From positions 5,890,001 to 5,954,000 of the forward strand of contig CP075492.1 in NCBI GenBank assembly GCA_021613535.1: 64,000 nt of DNA, read 5' to 3'. The stretch is from Adineta vaga (taxonomy: Eukaryota > Animalia > Rotifera). Positions 12,994 through 24,139 of this stretch are shown in pieces. A program made the translations under genes and the position numbers. The notes under the pieces were generated by a model, which saw nothing but the letters and a program-made list of their open reading frames with translations, searched no databases and was not told the DNA's origin. Within the stretch, counting starts at the first letter, position 1, and every line of letters starts with the position of its first letter.

Positions 12994-15620
12994 TTTTTAT
13001 CTTTATCTGAAGAAGAAGAAGAAGGAAAAAAAAGGCAAATCACAATTGAAAGATAATATTGATTATACAAGTATCAAAATTCTCATTTGTATATGTAAAA
13101 GTTTTTACCATGAATATCAATCGATCTGTATTTACTTACTGTCATATATCAAGAAAGAAGTACAATCTTCTTTACTCGATTGTCGACCTATGGACAAGTA
13201 AGAAGAAAAAGAAAGAGAAGAGAGGAGAGGAGAGGAGAGAAAGACACATTCGTTTCTCTCTTTTTTTTCCTTAATTATATAACATTGATCTAACCTGACA
13301 AACGTATACCGCCGTCTTTCTCTCTCTATGCATCATACATTTCCTATTTAATGATCACCTACTCATCCTATACAGATACTATTGACAACCCACCTGTTAC
13401 TTGCATATTTGCATATATATATATGTATAATCTCTTTTCTTTTACTTCTACTTATTTGAAAAGAACTGTTTTAATACAGACAATTGACTCTTGTCATATT
13501 AATTGCTTCGAAACAAGATCGAATTGTTCATCAATATGCAAAAATAAAATAAAAAAAAAGAAGAAAAAGAACAAGTGAATTTACTGTTATGATGATTCTA
13601 AACAATAACAAATACATCTGACATTGATTTGATAAGCAGAGAAAAGAAATCATCGACATTCAAGGTCGATATATTAAAAGCGTGAACAATTACTTTACTA
13701 AGATGTCTCGTCAGTTCCGGATATACGTATATAAAATACATACATATACATATTTAGCATAAAAGAAGGTTATAGTGAATGGCCTTCACAGAGTAACACC
13801 AGTGGTGCACACATAATATGTATGAAACGCTTATATAATGAATAAAATACGCATAGAAGAACCGTATGAAAGTACCACAACATAAATACAAGTGGAATCT
13901 TTGTTTCGTAAATATATATACATCGAACGACAAAATAACACTCGAATGACCTTGATGAAAGGTGTCTTGAAAATACCATCGAGATCTAATAGCTTCTATT
14001 GATTCTATTAGATTCGAACAACTCAAATCAATGGGTTAGACGATGTTATTAAGAGTGATTAGCACTGTTATATTTATGTACTTGAGTTTCTCTTCTTTGC
14101 CTCTATGATAACAGATGACATATAAGACAGCATCAACTCACTAAAGGTTATACAGACAGGTTAAACAAGTTAACTTGATAAGAAAAGATTTCTCTTGTAA
14201 ACATCCTGTTTGAATAGTTAATAGAAGAATAACATCGATGTATGGAATGGAAGTTTTCTTTTATCATACAAAATATAATTTTCAATTAAATATGAACTCT
14301 AAACGATCTCTCATGATCATTACTTGTTTTCTATCGAATAAAAGTGTAAGCTCTTTTTCGATCAACATCAAACGACGAAATAATTACTAAAGCGACTAAT
14401 TTTTCTATTCTCATAAATAGATCGATTGTGATCAGAACCAATTTTCTTTTGATAACCAAAGAAAAAACAAAACAAAACAAGACACATGAAGATACTCATT
14501 GAATAAGCTATCAAAATAAATTGTAGACAGATATATGTATATATAATATCCTATACGCAAGATATCCGTTCATCAATGTCTACATGCGATGTTTGAATCA
14601 ATTTTATCATGCATGCAATGATCTAATTCATATACACTGACACCTTTGTACAATGGCCCGTCAAAATACTTTCTTGTCGTACCTATTCGCGATACTTTCA
14701 CCTGCCATGATTACTCTATAATTACTTTTTTTCTCGTGCGCTCTCTCTCTCTCTCTTTTACTTTACTAACGATAAAGTTGACCTGTCTAATTCAAGTGGG
14801 TGTAGAGAAATGTATATATTTGACCTAAGCTTATCTAATTAGGAAATGCAGAGAACATGCGGTGATCAAATGAATACTCAATGATAGACAGACGGTATCC
14901 TGTAGAAACGCAGTTAACTTGTAATAAAAACAATCGAGATAATGAATTTGTTCGAAGATGAAATTCCAAAATTTCCTTAGGATGATAATGATGATGATGG
15001 TGATTATGATTGACATATGCACAAATGGTGTATGATCCTCGATCGGCTGTTCAATAACAATCGTCCAATGAGTAAAGAAAAGAGGTGTCAAAAAGATAGT
15101 TGTTGATATCAATCACTTATTAACAGCTTCTCATATAAGGAATTACTAGATAACTATCACCTGTATATCAAACATAAATTCAGTACTGATGCTGTTGAAA
15201 AACAAAGGACAAAGCTTCTAATGAATGTTTATACCATCGATTTCATATATGAAGAGTTTGATCAATGATGAAAATATTGTTTTGTTTGTATGATATATCT
15301 TACATAATCAAACTGATGTCGAAACAATGAGTATATATCTAATGGCGTTCATTGAAGATTATTTTTTTTCTATTCATGTAATTGTCCTGTCCTCTTTCTC
15401 ACTCTCTACGTCTTCATCGTCTATTCAAAAAAAGATTATATTGCATCATTTTCTTTTTTCAAAAAAAAAGAAAAAATCATATGCATGAAAGCATTTGCAA
15501 AAAAAAAAAGAAAACATTTTTATTGTATTAACACATCGAACATTTGCTTAAAATATGTATAAGAATGAGTGAATTTCAAGTTCAATAATTGTTTGTAAAA
15601 TAAGATCTATGATTTGTGAA

Positions 15621-16992
15621 TTAATTTGGTTTCGATTTAACTGGATCGGAATGATTCATTTCAGTTATAATCTCTGTAAAATCATGAATAAATGTTGTAG
15701 CCTACGATTTCAAACGATGAAAAAATAGAATCAAATAAAGAAAAGATTTTACTCGATCTAATTGTTGTCGAACTTGTTTGATAGGATTTTCTGTTTCAAC
15801 AATTCGTTCTTCTTTATCAGATTTTTGTTGTCGAATTACCATTTGATGTAGATTACGTACCGCTCTAGAGCAAACAAAAGAAATGAAATATTTAATCTTT
15901 TTCAATTTCAATTTACAAGACAATATTTCCAATTTGTAATGCTTTCTCTGCTGTATTTGTTTGCATGGAATTCCATTTGTTCTCGGCACGTCGAGAAGCG
16001 ATTTCCGCACGTTCAAGTTCACGTTGTAAATCACCAATACGATTATTCAATGTTAAACTTTCATTATTCTTTTTCTGTAAACGAAAACAAAAAGAAATTA
16101 TTCGATTGAGGAAAATTTCAATACTTACTTGAAGAAATTCTTCGCGTTCTTTACGCATTACTTCGAGTTGTTCTTCACGTTGATTCTGAATTTGTAATAG
16201 TGACTAAAATAATTCACAAACATGTTTTCTTTTCCAAGGAGAAAAAATGTTCTTCTTTCGTACATCTTTATTCATATTTAATGTTGTATAACGATCAATA
16301 AGCTCTTGAATTTCTTGAAATTCATCTGCAATTTCGACCGTCTACAAATTCGATCAGTAAAATCTCAAAAATTTAAGATGAATACTTTACTTTCTCTAAA
16401 TATGTACTATATTTAGCATATTGAGCGTTTCGTGCTGATTGTTGTTCTCGTTTTCTAGTTAAATCAGTAATATCTTCTTGTAATTTATCGATTTCTTTTT
16501 GTTTTATTGTCGCAAGTTCACGTTCATCTTGAGCACGTTTCAATGCTCGTATTCGTTTCGAATCAAGTTCCTGAAAAAAAAACAATTTTCTTTCCTTCAA
16601 ATTTATCTCTCGAAACAAACGATTTACATTGATATATTTCTCAAAATTAACCAAACTTTCACGAAGTTCATGTTCTTTTGCATCCAATTTTTCACGACGT
16701 AATTTTAAACTTTGCATTTTCAATTTAAACTCCTAAAAGAAAAAGACCGAATACTTTCCTTGCGAAAACAGAAAAGGACATACTTCTTTTTGATTCGCTA
16801 ATAATGCTTCCGTTTCATTTACTTCACGTTGTTTTTCCAGAAGACGAGATGTTGATGATAGATGTTCATGATCACGTTCAGGTGGTGCTCTAGAAAAGAA
16901 AAGAATTTTTTATAACAAAAAAAAAATGGAAAATTTTCATTTTCTTACATTGCAAGTTCGTTACTTAGAACCGTACGAAAATAATCTTCCAT
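15621..16992 (-). CDS. CCDC42: Coiled-coil ciliary protein CCDC42/CFAP73 family (DUF4200)
   Basis: MEDYFRT...HLSSTSRLLEKQRE...QKEEFKLKMQSLKLRREKLDAKEHELRESLVNFEKYI...ELDSKRIRALKRA...RWNS-like KWNSMQTNTAEKALQIG; multi-exon. Confidence 0.8.
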
Positions 16993-17223
16993 AGTTCTAT
17001 CTGAAATGAGTTTTCGTGATATTGATTTATAAAAAAAACACTTGACAAGGTAACTGCACTTACAAAACTTCCTTCTTTTGAAAAGAAAAAGTCAAGTATG
17101 CAATTATTTCATATGTTTTCAAGTATAATTAAGAGTAAAATACATGTCTAGCAATTTAAAACGGAAGTACTTCAAACAATGAAATTGATAGCTAAAAGCT
17201 ATGAAAATACTTCACTTTCTTAA

Positions 17224-17357
17224 GTAAACAATAAACGTATCGTTAACGTTTAACAACAACAATTTGTTTCGATTAATTCTTCCATTTTTGCATCATTTTC
17301 TATGTCATTACCTCTATTCATTGTAGTATCTTAGTAACAATTAATGGTTACTAAGAC
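17224..17357. promoter_or_regulatory. Forkhead-like site and two RFX X-box-like motifs in the CCDC42/RSPH1 divergent promoter
   Basis: GTAAACAA at 17224-17231, GTATCTTAGTAAC at 17326-17338 and GTTACTAAGAC at 17347-17357. The last two share CTTAGTAAC in inverted orientation and lie between two motile-cilia genes. Confidence 0.55.
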
Positions 17358-17427
17358 ATTATATGATAATAATGGCGGGAAAAAGACGTCTTTTTCTGTT
17401 CATTTTGAAGATTTTAATTAGGAAAAC

Positions 17428-19348
17428 ATGTCTGACAATGAAGAAGAATTAGGTGAAGAAGAACAAACAGATAATTTAGGCGTATGCATTTCATTTTTAT
17501 ATGTTATAAAACTTTGTTTATTTTGAAGACTTATGAAGGTGAACGAAATGAGAACAATGAACGACATGGTTTTGGTAAAGCAACATTACCAAATGGCGAT
17601 ACTTACGAAGGACAATATGAAAATGGTCAAAGAAATGGAACTGGAACTTATCGATTTATCAATGGTGCTCGTTATATAGGTAAGATTGGAAACAATGTTA
17701 TTCTATTTTAAAATATAATATAACAAAACAATAGGTGAATACCAAAAACATAAACGTCATGGACGAGGAACTTTTTATTATCCTGACGGTTCAAAATATG
17801 ATGGTGATTGGTGTGAAAATATTCGTGAAGGTCATGGAACTTATACATATCCCAATCTTGACACTTATCAAGGTGAATGGATAAGACATCTAAGACATGG
17901 TAAAGGAACTTATACATATGCAGCGACAAGTATATAATAAACATTTGAATCATAGAGAAGATTGACGAGTTTTGTTTGATGTAGAAGCTCAATATATTGG
18001 AACTTGGATTGAAGGAAAACGGCAAGGACCTGGTGAAATGCAATTTACTCAATATAAATATGTTGGCAAATTCCATGAGAATTATGTAAGTTAACTTTAA
18101 AAGGTAAATCTCATTTTTTCTACAAAGATTGAAGAAATCAGTTATGAGAAACATGATAAGTACGCATTTGATCCTATTAGAATAATAGAATAACAAAACA
18201 ACTTTATTTCTGTACTCTAAGGTTATAAATAAAAACACAATATCATAGATTTCGATAGTTTCTATCCAATGTTGTCTTTCATGTTTATTTTATTATTTCT
18301 TCTATGAAATAAATCCCCTGAAATATGAATAAATCAATGATCACTTGCAAGAATAAATAATATAGTCTTCAATTTTGTTTGTCTAAGATCATTTGATATC
18401 AACATGACGTCAAAAGATATTCGATAAATCTTAACTTAAATCAAATAATCTAGTGCATAGTTTTTCATCTCAATAACCTTTTGTTGCCTTGATTTATACG
18501 AAGAAACAAAAAAAAAACGAAGAATGTATTTGATTTTGCAAAGTAGTTTTCTTCTAATTGATTCTTACTTAATGTTAATGTGTAGAGTAGAAATAATCAT
18601 GTAAGTCTCTGATAAGAATAACATAACCTTTCATGAATAATTTATCAACTGACAAAATCAATCTATAGTGTACATTTTTGATTCTAGCCAAAAGGCAAAG
18701 GTAGATTTGTGTTTAAAAATGGTTATCAACAAAATGGAGAATACTATATTACAAGAATAGTAAGAGAATTGTTTGTTATTGATGAATTCATAGACGGATG
18801 ATCATGTTTTAGAATGATGAAGAAAATTCTGAAGTTCCACCACAAGTACAATACCGATGGATAGCAAGAAATGTTACAGCAATTCAACAAGTACCTGATG
18901 AAAATTTCGATGATGAACCAATTGAAACAAATCGAGTCGAAGGTAAAATTATCTATTTGAAGAAAATTTTGTTGATTTGTTTTTAATAAAGAATTGATTA
19001 GTAAATTTAAAAACAAAAAACTAATTAATCAAGAAGGTTTGCGATTTGAAAAACACAACTTTATGCATTTGATTTTTTTTCTTCTAAACGTTGTCAATTA
19101 AATTTAAAGATTTCCTTTGTGTTTTAGAACATCATGAGTTAAAAAATATGCATGTTGTTCCCGGTAAGAACTCAAGCTTTCTGAATGAATGAAAATGACG
19201 GAATTTTCGTTGAATAGATGCAGACAATGTGGAAAGTAATGAAACTGAACAAGTGAATGATGGTAAATGCAAGGGAAAGAGTTGTTCTTTTGTTAATTTT
19301 CTCTATTTAGACATTCCTGGAGAAGAACAATTCGATGAGGAAGCTTGA
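17428..19348 (+). CDS. RSPH1: Radial spoke head 1 homolog (MORN repeats)
   Basis: [18 protein letters not shown]|[28 protein letters not shown]..., successive MORN repeats (YxGxWxxxxRHGxG), [19 protein letters not shown], acidic C-terminus ending DEEA*. Confidence 0.88.
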
Positions 19349-19698
19349 GATTGATTATTTGTCTTTTTTTGTATCATTTGAAATGAATGAAATGCATTCT
19401 AGGTCTGGAAAAAAATTTTATCACTCGAAATGAAAAAAAACACATAATCAATTAAAAAAACAGAAAAAATAGAGAAAAATTAAAAACATACAGATACTTA
19501 ACTAAATACGATAGAAAAGTGCTAGAGAAAAAAATAAATCTTTCGTTTTTTACTCTTTGTTAGTAGGATGACGATATTAGAATATGAAATGTGCAAATGA
19601 CACCGAAGAGTGTGCAGTTAATAGATTAGTAGTAATGTGAATCGAAATAAAAAACAAAGTCGTGTTAGAGAGAACCTTTAAAGTGACAAATTGATTAC

Positions 19699-22208
19699 TT
19701 AGTTACGACGTTTAGACTTTTTGTTATTGGATTCATTATCATTATCTTTATCTTCTTCTTCTTCGTTTTCCTCTTCTTTTTTGTCGTCTTCCTCATCATT
19801 GTCATCGTTTTCGTTGTTCTTGTCATCATCATCATCATCATCTTCTTCTTCTTCATTCTTTTCCTCTTCCTGGTTTTCTTCCTTGGTGTTATTTTCGTTA
19901 TTGTCATCGTCATCATCATCTTCTTCTTCTTCGTTTTCTTCTTCTTTGTTGTCTTCCTCATCGTCATCATCTTCCTCATTGTTTGTACCTTCTTCTTCAT
20001 CTTTTTCTTCTTCTTCGTTTTCTTCTTCATCAGCTTCTTCTTCTTCGTTTTCTTCTTCATCATTATCTTCCTCATTGTTGGTACCTTCTTCTTCATCTTT
20101 TTCTTCCTCATCGTTTTCTTCTTCATCAGCTTCTTCTTCTTCGTTTTCTTCTTCATCATTATCTTCCTCATTGTTGGTACCTTCTTCTTCATCTTTTTCT
20201 TCCTCATCGTTTTCTTCTTCATCAGCTTCTTCTTCTTCGTTTTCTTCTTCATCATTATCTTCCTCGTTGTTGGTACCTTCTTCCTCATCTTTTTCTTCTT
20301 CTTCGTTTTCTTCTTCATCATTATCTTCCTCGTTGTTGGTACCTTCTTCCTCATCAGCTTCTTCTTCTTCGTTTTCTTCTTCATCATTGTCTTCCTCATT
20401 GTTGGTACCTTCTTCTTCATCCTTTTCTTCCTCATCGTTTTCTTCTTCATCAGCTTCTTCTTCTTCGTTTTCTTCCTCATCATTATCTTCTTCGTTGTTG
20501 GTACCTTCTTCTTCATCTTTTTCTTCCTCATCGTTTTCTTCTTCATCAGCTTCTTCTTCTTCGTTTTCTTCTTCTTTGTTGTCTTCCTCATCATCATCAT
20601 CTTCTTCGTTGTTGGTACCTTCTTCTTCATCCTTTTCTTCTTCGTCATTTTCTTCTTCTTTATTATCTTCCTCATCATCATCATCTTCTTCGTTGTTGGT
20701 ACCTTCTTCTTCATCTTTTTCTTCTTCTTCATTTTCTTCCTCATCAGCTTCTTCTTCTTCGTTTTCTTCCTCATCATTATCTTCTTCGTTGTTGGTACCT
20801 TCTTCTTCATCAGCTTCTTCCTCTTCGTTTTCCTCTTCGTCATTAGTATCAGTATCGGTATCGGTATCATCATCGTCATCATTTTGTCGTCGTGGTCGAT
20901 TTTTTTTCGAATCCTCTTTATAATCTTCAAGATTCTCAAAGATTTCAGTATATTCTTCCAATTCACTTTCGGTATTTCCTATATGTATATATATATGATG
21001 ATTGTTTAAATTCTTTGGTTTTAATATTCATACCTGCTGCACACTCTTCGCTACATTCTTCACGATTTGATTTACCGCAATTCATCCTCCTCATACATTC
21101 GTTATACGATAGAAAGGCTGAAGCACGGTCACGTTCGATGAAGCTGGCTAAAATTCAGAGGTTGAACATGGATCGTCGTACATATTTAATAAAAATTGGC
21201 CTGATTAGTAGCATGCGTAATGCGATTAAATAACGAGAAAGATCGTATAAAGCTAGTATCAATTCGAATTCAAACAAACAAATAACAAGTTTAAGACAAA
21301 CATGACATTCAATGAAAACAAAGACAGAGAGATATAGAAAACAAATGAAACGATCTAATCTAAATTTTCCAAAAAAAAAACAGAAAAGGTTTTTTTTTCG
21401 TTTGATTGGCAAGGAATATAAGGTGAAGAAGAAACAAAAAAGGGTATCATTCTCACACAGAATATTTATATCTTGAAGAAAAAAAATTTTTTAATTTTTT
21501 TTCGTTGTTTTTGATTTTTTATTTTTCTCATCCGGTACATCTTCTTCTTCGCTACTTGCATCACTTTCATCATTGGATGTTGTTGTTTCGCTTTCGCTAC
21601 CATCACTATCGGATGCATCATCTTTCTTATTAGATTTTTTTCCAGGAGATTTCTTTGAATCTGATCGATATTCATCGATATGTTCAAACATTTCAGTATA
21701 TTCTTCCATTTCTTCTTCAGTATTTCCTATCAGATGAAAAATCCTTGTTGATGGCCATTACTTTCGTTTATACTCACCATCTGCACATTCTTCACTACAT
21801 TCTTCTTTACGTGATAAACCACAATTCATTCGTCGTATACATTCATTGTAAGAGAGAAAAATTGAAGCTCTTTCACGTGGAATAAACACCACTGAAATTG
21901 ATTTCGATCAATTATCTCACATTCACATTTTTATCATGAAAAAACTTTGCTTTTCTACGATCTTTTCTTGTTTAGTTAGTCAAGCTTTTGTTAAAGATTA
22001 GATAGAACAAAAAGCAAAGTTAATTCATTCGAGCTTTACCTTTTTTATTATCGTCATCATCATCATCATCATCTTTATCCGTATCGATTGCACGTGATTC
22101 TTCTTTGTTTTCTTCTTTTGATTTCTTGCTTGCATCAACTGTTCTAGTTGTAAGAACAACGGATAACAAGACAAGTAAGATAGTTACAAGAATCCAGTTA
22201 AGACGCAT
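19699..22208 (-). CDS. Secreted acidic protein with Gla-like Cys/Glu domain, long isoform (exons 22208-22040, 21147-21034, 20978-19699)
   Basis: Signal-peptide exon ending in phase 1; cassette B reads ASFIERDRASAFLSYNECMRRMNCGKSNREECSEECAAG|NTESELEEYTEIFE followed by a ~400-aa E/D/N repeat. Canonical GT-AG sites keep the frame. Confidence 0.75.
19760..20880 (-). repeat. Coding minisatellite encoding a Glu/Asp/Asn tract
   Basis: About ten units anchored on GGTACC (EEEGTNNEED), with spacings of roughly 66, 84, 96 and 114 bp. Confidence 0.92.
21491..22208 (-). CDS. Same gene, short isoform (exons 22208-22040, 21891-21778, 21726-21491)
   Basis: Cassette A reads VVFIPRERASIFLSYNECIRRMNCGLSRKEECSEECADG|NTEEEMEEYTEMFE with a short acidic/basic tail and its own stop at 21491. 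Confidence 0.78.
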
Positions 22209-22915
22209 GATGATTAATCAATTCTACAGCTGATAAAACCTGAAAGGAGAAACAATCATTATAGTTTAACTAAACAAACCATGAATATGATCAAATGATA
22301 TCTTATCAAAAGCAAGGAAAGAAAAATATATTATAAAATTTGTGCATAACTTTCTGCGCTTGGTTGCGGTTTTATATTTGTAGTTTCATTTCTTTTCAAG
22401 GAGAATCGATATGGTTGAATAAGCACAAGCCAAAAAAGAAAAAAGAACGTAAATGTAAAGGGTCTAGAACGCCATACGAAAAAAATAAATGAAAAGGAAA
22501 AAAACATGATAATTTTTTTATAAAATGTCGTGTAAAAATAAAAAAGCTAACCTGAACTGAAAGGAAGGGAACAATCACCTTGTTTCGGTAGTTTTCTTCT
22601 CTCGATAGGTAACGACGAACAGTCGTTTAAAAGAATAATCTATAAAACGTATCGAAAGAAGAAAAAAAGACAAATATTTCGAGATCTACATGTACAATTT
22701 CAATATGTAAATTGCATTGACAAAAACAATAGTTGTTTATATTACAGAGTGTTGATAAGCAAGTTTTTCTCTTCTATCTCATCGAACCAGGAAGATGAAT
22801 AACTATGTTATTATTGTTACTACAAGTAAGAAGTTAACGAACGATTTTATTCGACTTGTATAAATCAAAGAAAAACGATGATAATAATGCGGTTTTTCTT
22901 CTAAGTTATTGAGAG

Positions 22916-22942
22916 AGAAGAAGAAGAAGAAGAAGAAGAAGA
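22916..22942. repeat. (GAA)n microsatellite
   Basis: Run of GAA triplets. Confidence 0.8.
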
Positions 22943-24139
22943 GGAAACGAGCGAAAATCAAGCTTATGTACGATTATTAGTAATAGATGCATCCAACTGG
23001 TCTTGTCTGATATATTTTTTCTGATGATAATCTATTCTCTTTTTCTTCTTTTCTTGTCGCTTTTTTCGGAAGGAAAAGAAGCGAAGAGAAAAATGTATCG
23101 CTTCTTTTGATTTGTCGCAATTTTCTAATATCGTTTTTTTGTCTGTCAGTTGTACTGTTCGTTAATAAATCATTACTCAGAACAAAACGTTGACAAACAA
23201 GAAAGAGAGAAAAAAAGAGAGAGTGACCATTTTCTTTGAAATAATCTATAGTAACATGCGCAGTCAACTGTAAAAATATGTTTTGAAATATCAAGGGTGA
23301 CGATGATATTTATGTTGTTTTCGATGTTTTCAAACCGATCAAGAGCCGCAATTATGGCGAGGTTTCCAATGATCATCACTATTGATTTATCATTCATTCA
23401 TTCTTTCTTGGTTAATTTCTAGAATCATCGACTAGAATACAGCAATTTATAATCTTTCTCATGTGCTTGTTACTACTGTGTTTGTTGTTTTTGTTGCTGT
23501 ACGCTTTTTGGTAATAGCTGCTTGATAGAAACACATATGTATGCCTATAAGAGGGAGAGAGAGAGAGAGCGAAGAAAAAGAAAAGAAAAGGAAAGAAAAT
23601 CATTGCTTTTCTTGCATATGCATCACCATCACTATCTATAGTGTATGATGGTGAAAGAAAAGCGTACGATGTCACTGAAATATATTTGTATGTAATGAGG
23701 AGCGAACATTTATCTAGAGAGTATTGCTCGTTTATGGTCATATCCCAGTGAGATAATACTAGTCGTTTTGGTAACTAAACAGTTACTACTCACTTGTATT
23801 TCAAATATCAAAGAAATATAAATCATTATTAATTGAAGATTTATGATGAAAACTTGAGAACTTCATCATTTGATCATAATAATTTTTCATCGTGTATGTA
23901 TACATATATATATATATTTGATGATTGTTGTACTGAATTATTATAGATCTTTTATTCTAAAGTATTAATTTAACAGAACTATCAGACGCACTCAAGTAAA
24001 ATAAATAGAAGAATTCAGAACAAACAAATAAAACAGAATTGATCGATCATAGCAAAAGAAAAATACAGATTTAAATATAAAAAAGCACATCATAAAAAGA
24101 ATGGTTTTCCTTATGAAATTTCTTGTTTTCAAAAAATTA

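Noticed and set aside
13000-15600. Short ORFs (e.g. 13754-14026, 14831-15112) in a long intergenic region
   Set aside because: Composition follows AT-rich and simple-repeat DNA, with no motifs or splice-supported structure.
19695-20966. Long Lys/Met-rich (-), Ser-rich (+) and Leu/His-rich (+) ORFs over the acidic repeat
   Set aside because: Stop-free shadow frames of a GAA/GAT repeat. Only the E/D frame splices to the upstream exons and matches cassette A.
22390-23760. Several 60-110 aa minus-strand ORFs
   Set aside because: Phe/Leu/Lys-rich translations of poly-purine and poly-pyrimidine promoter-like DNA.
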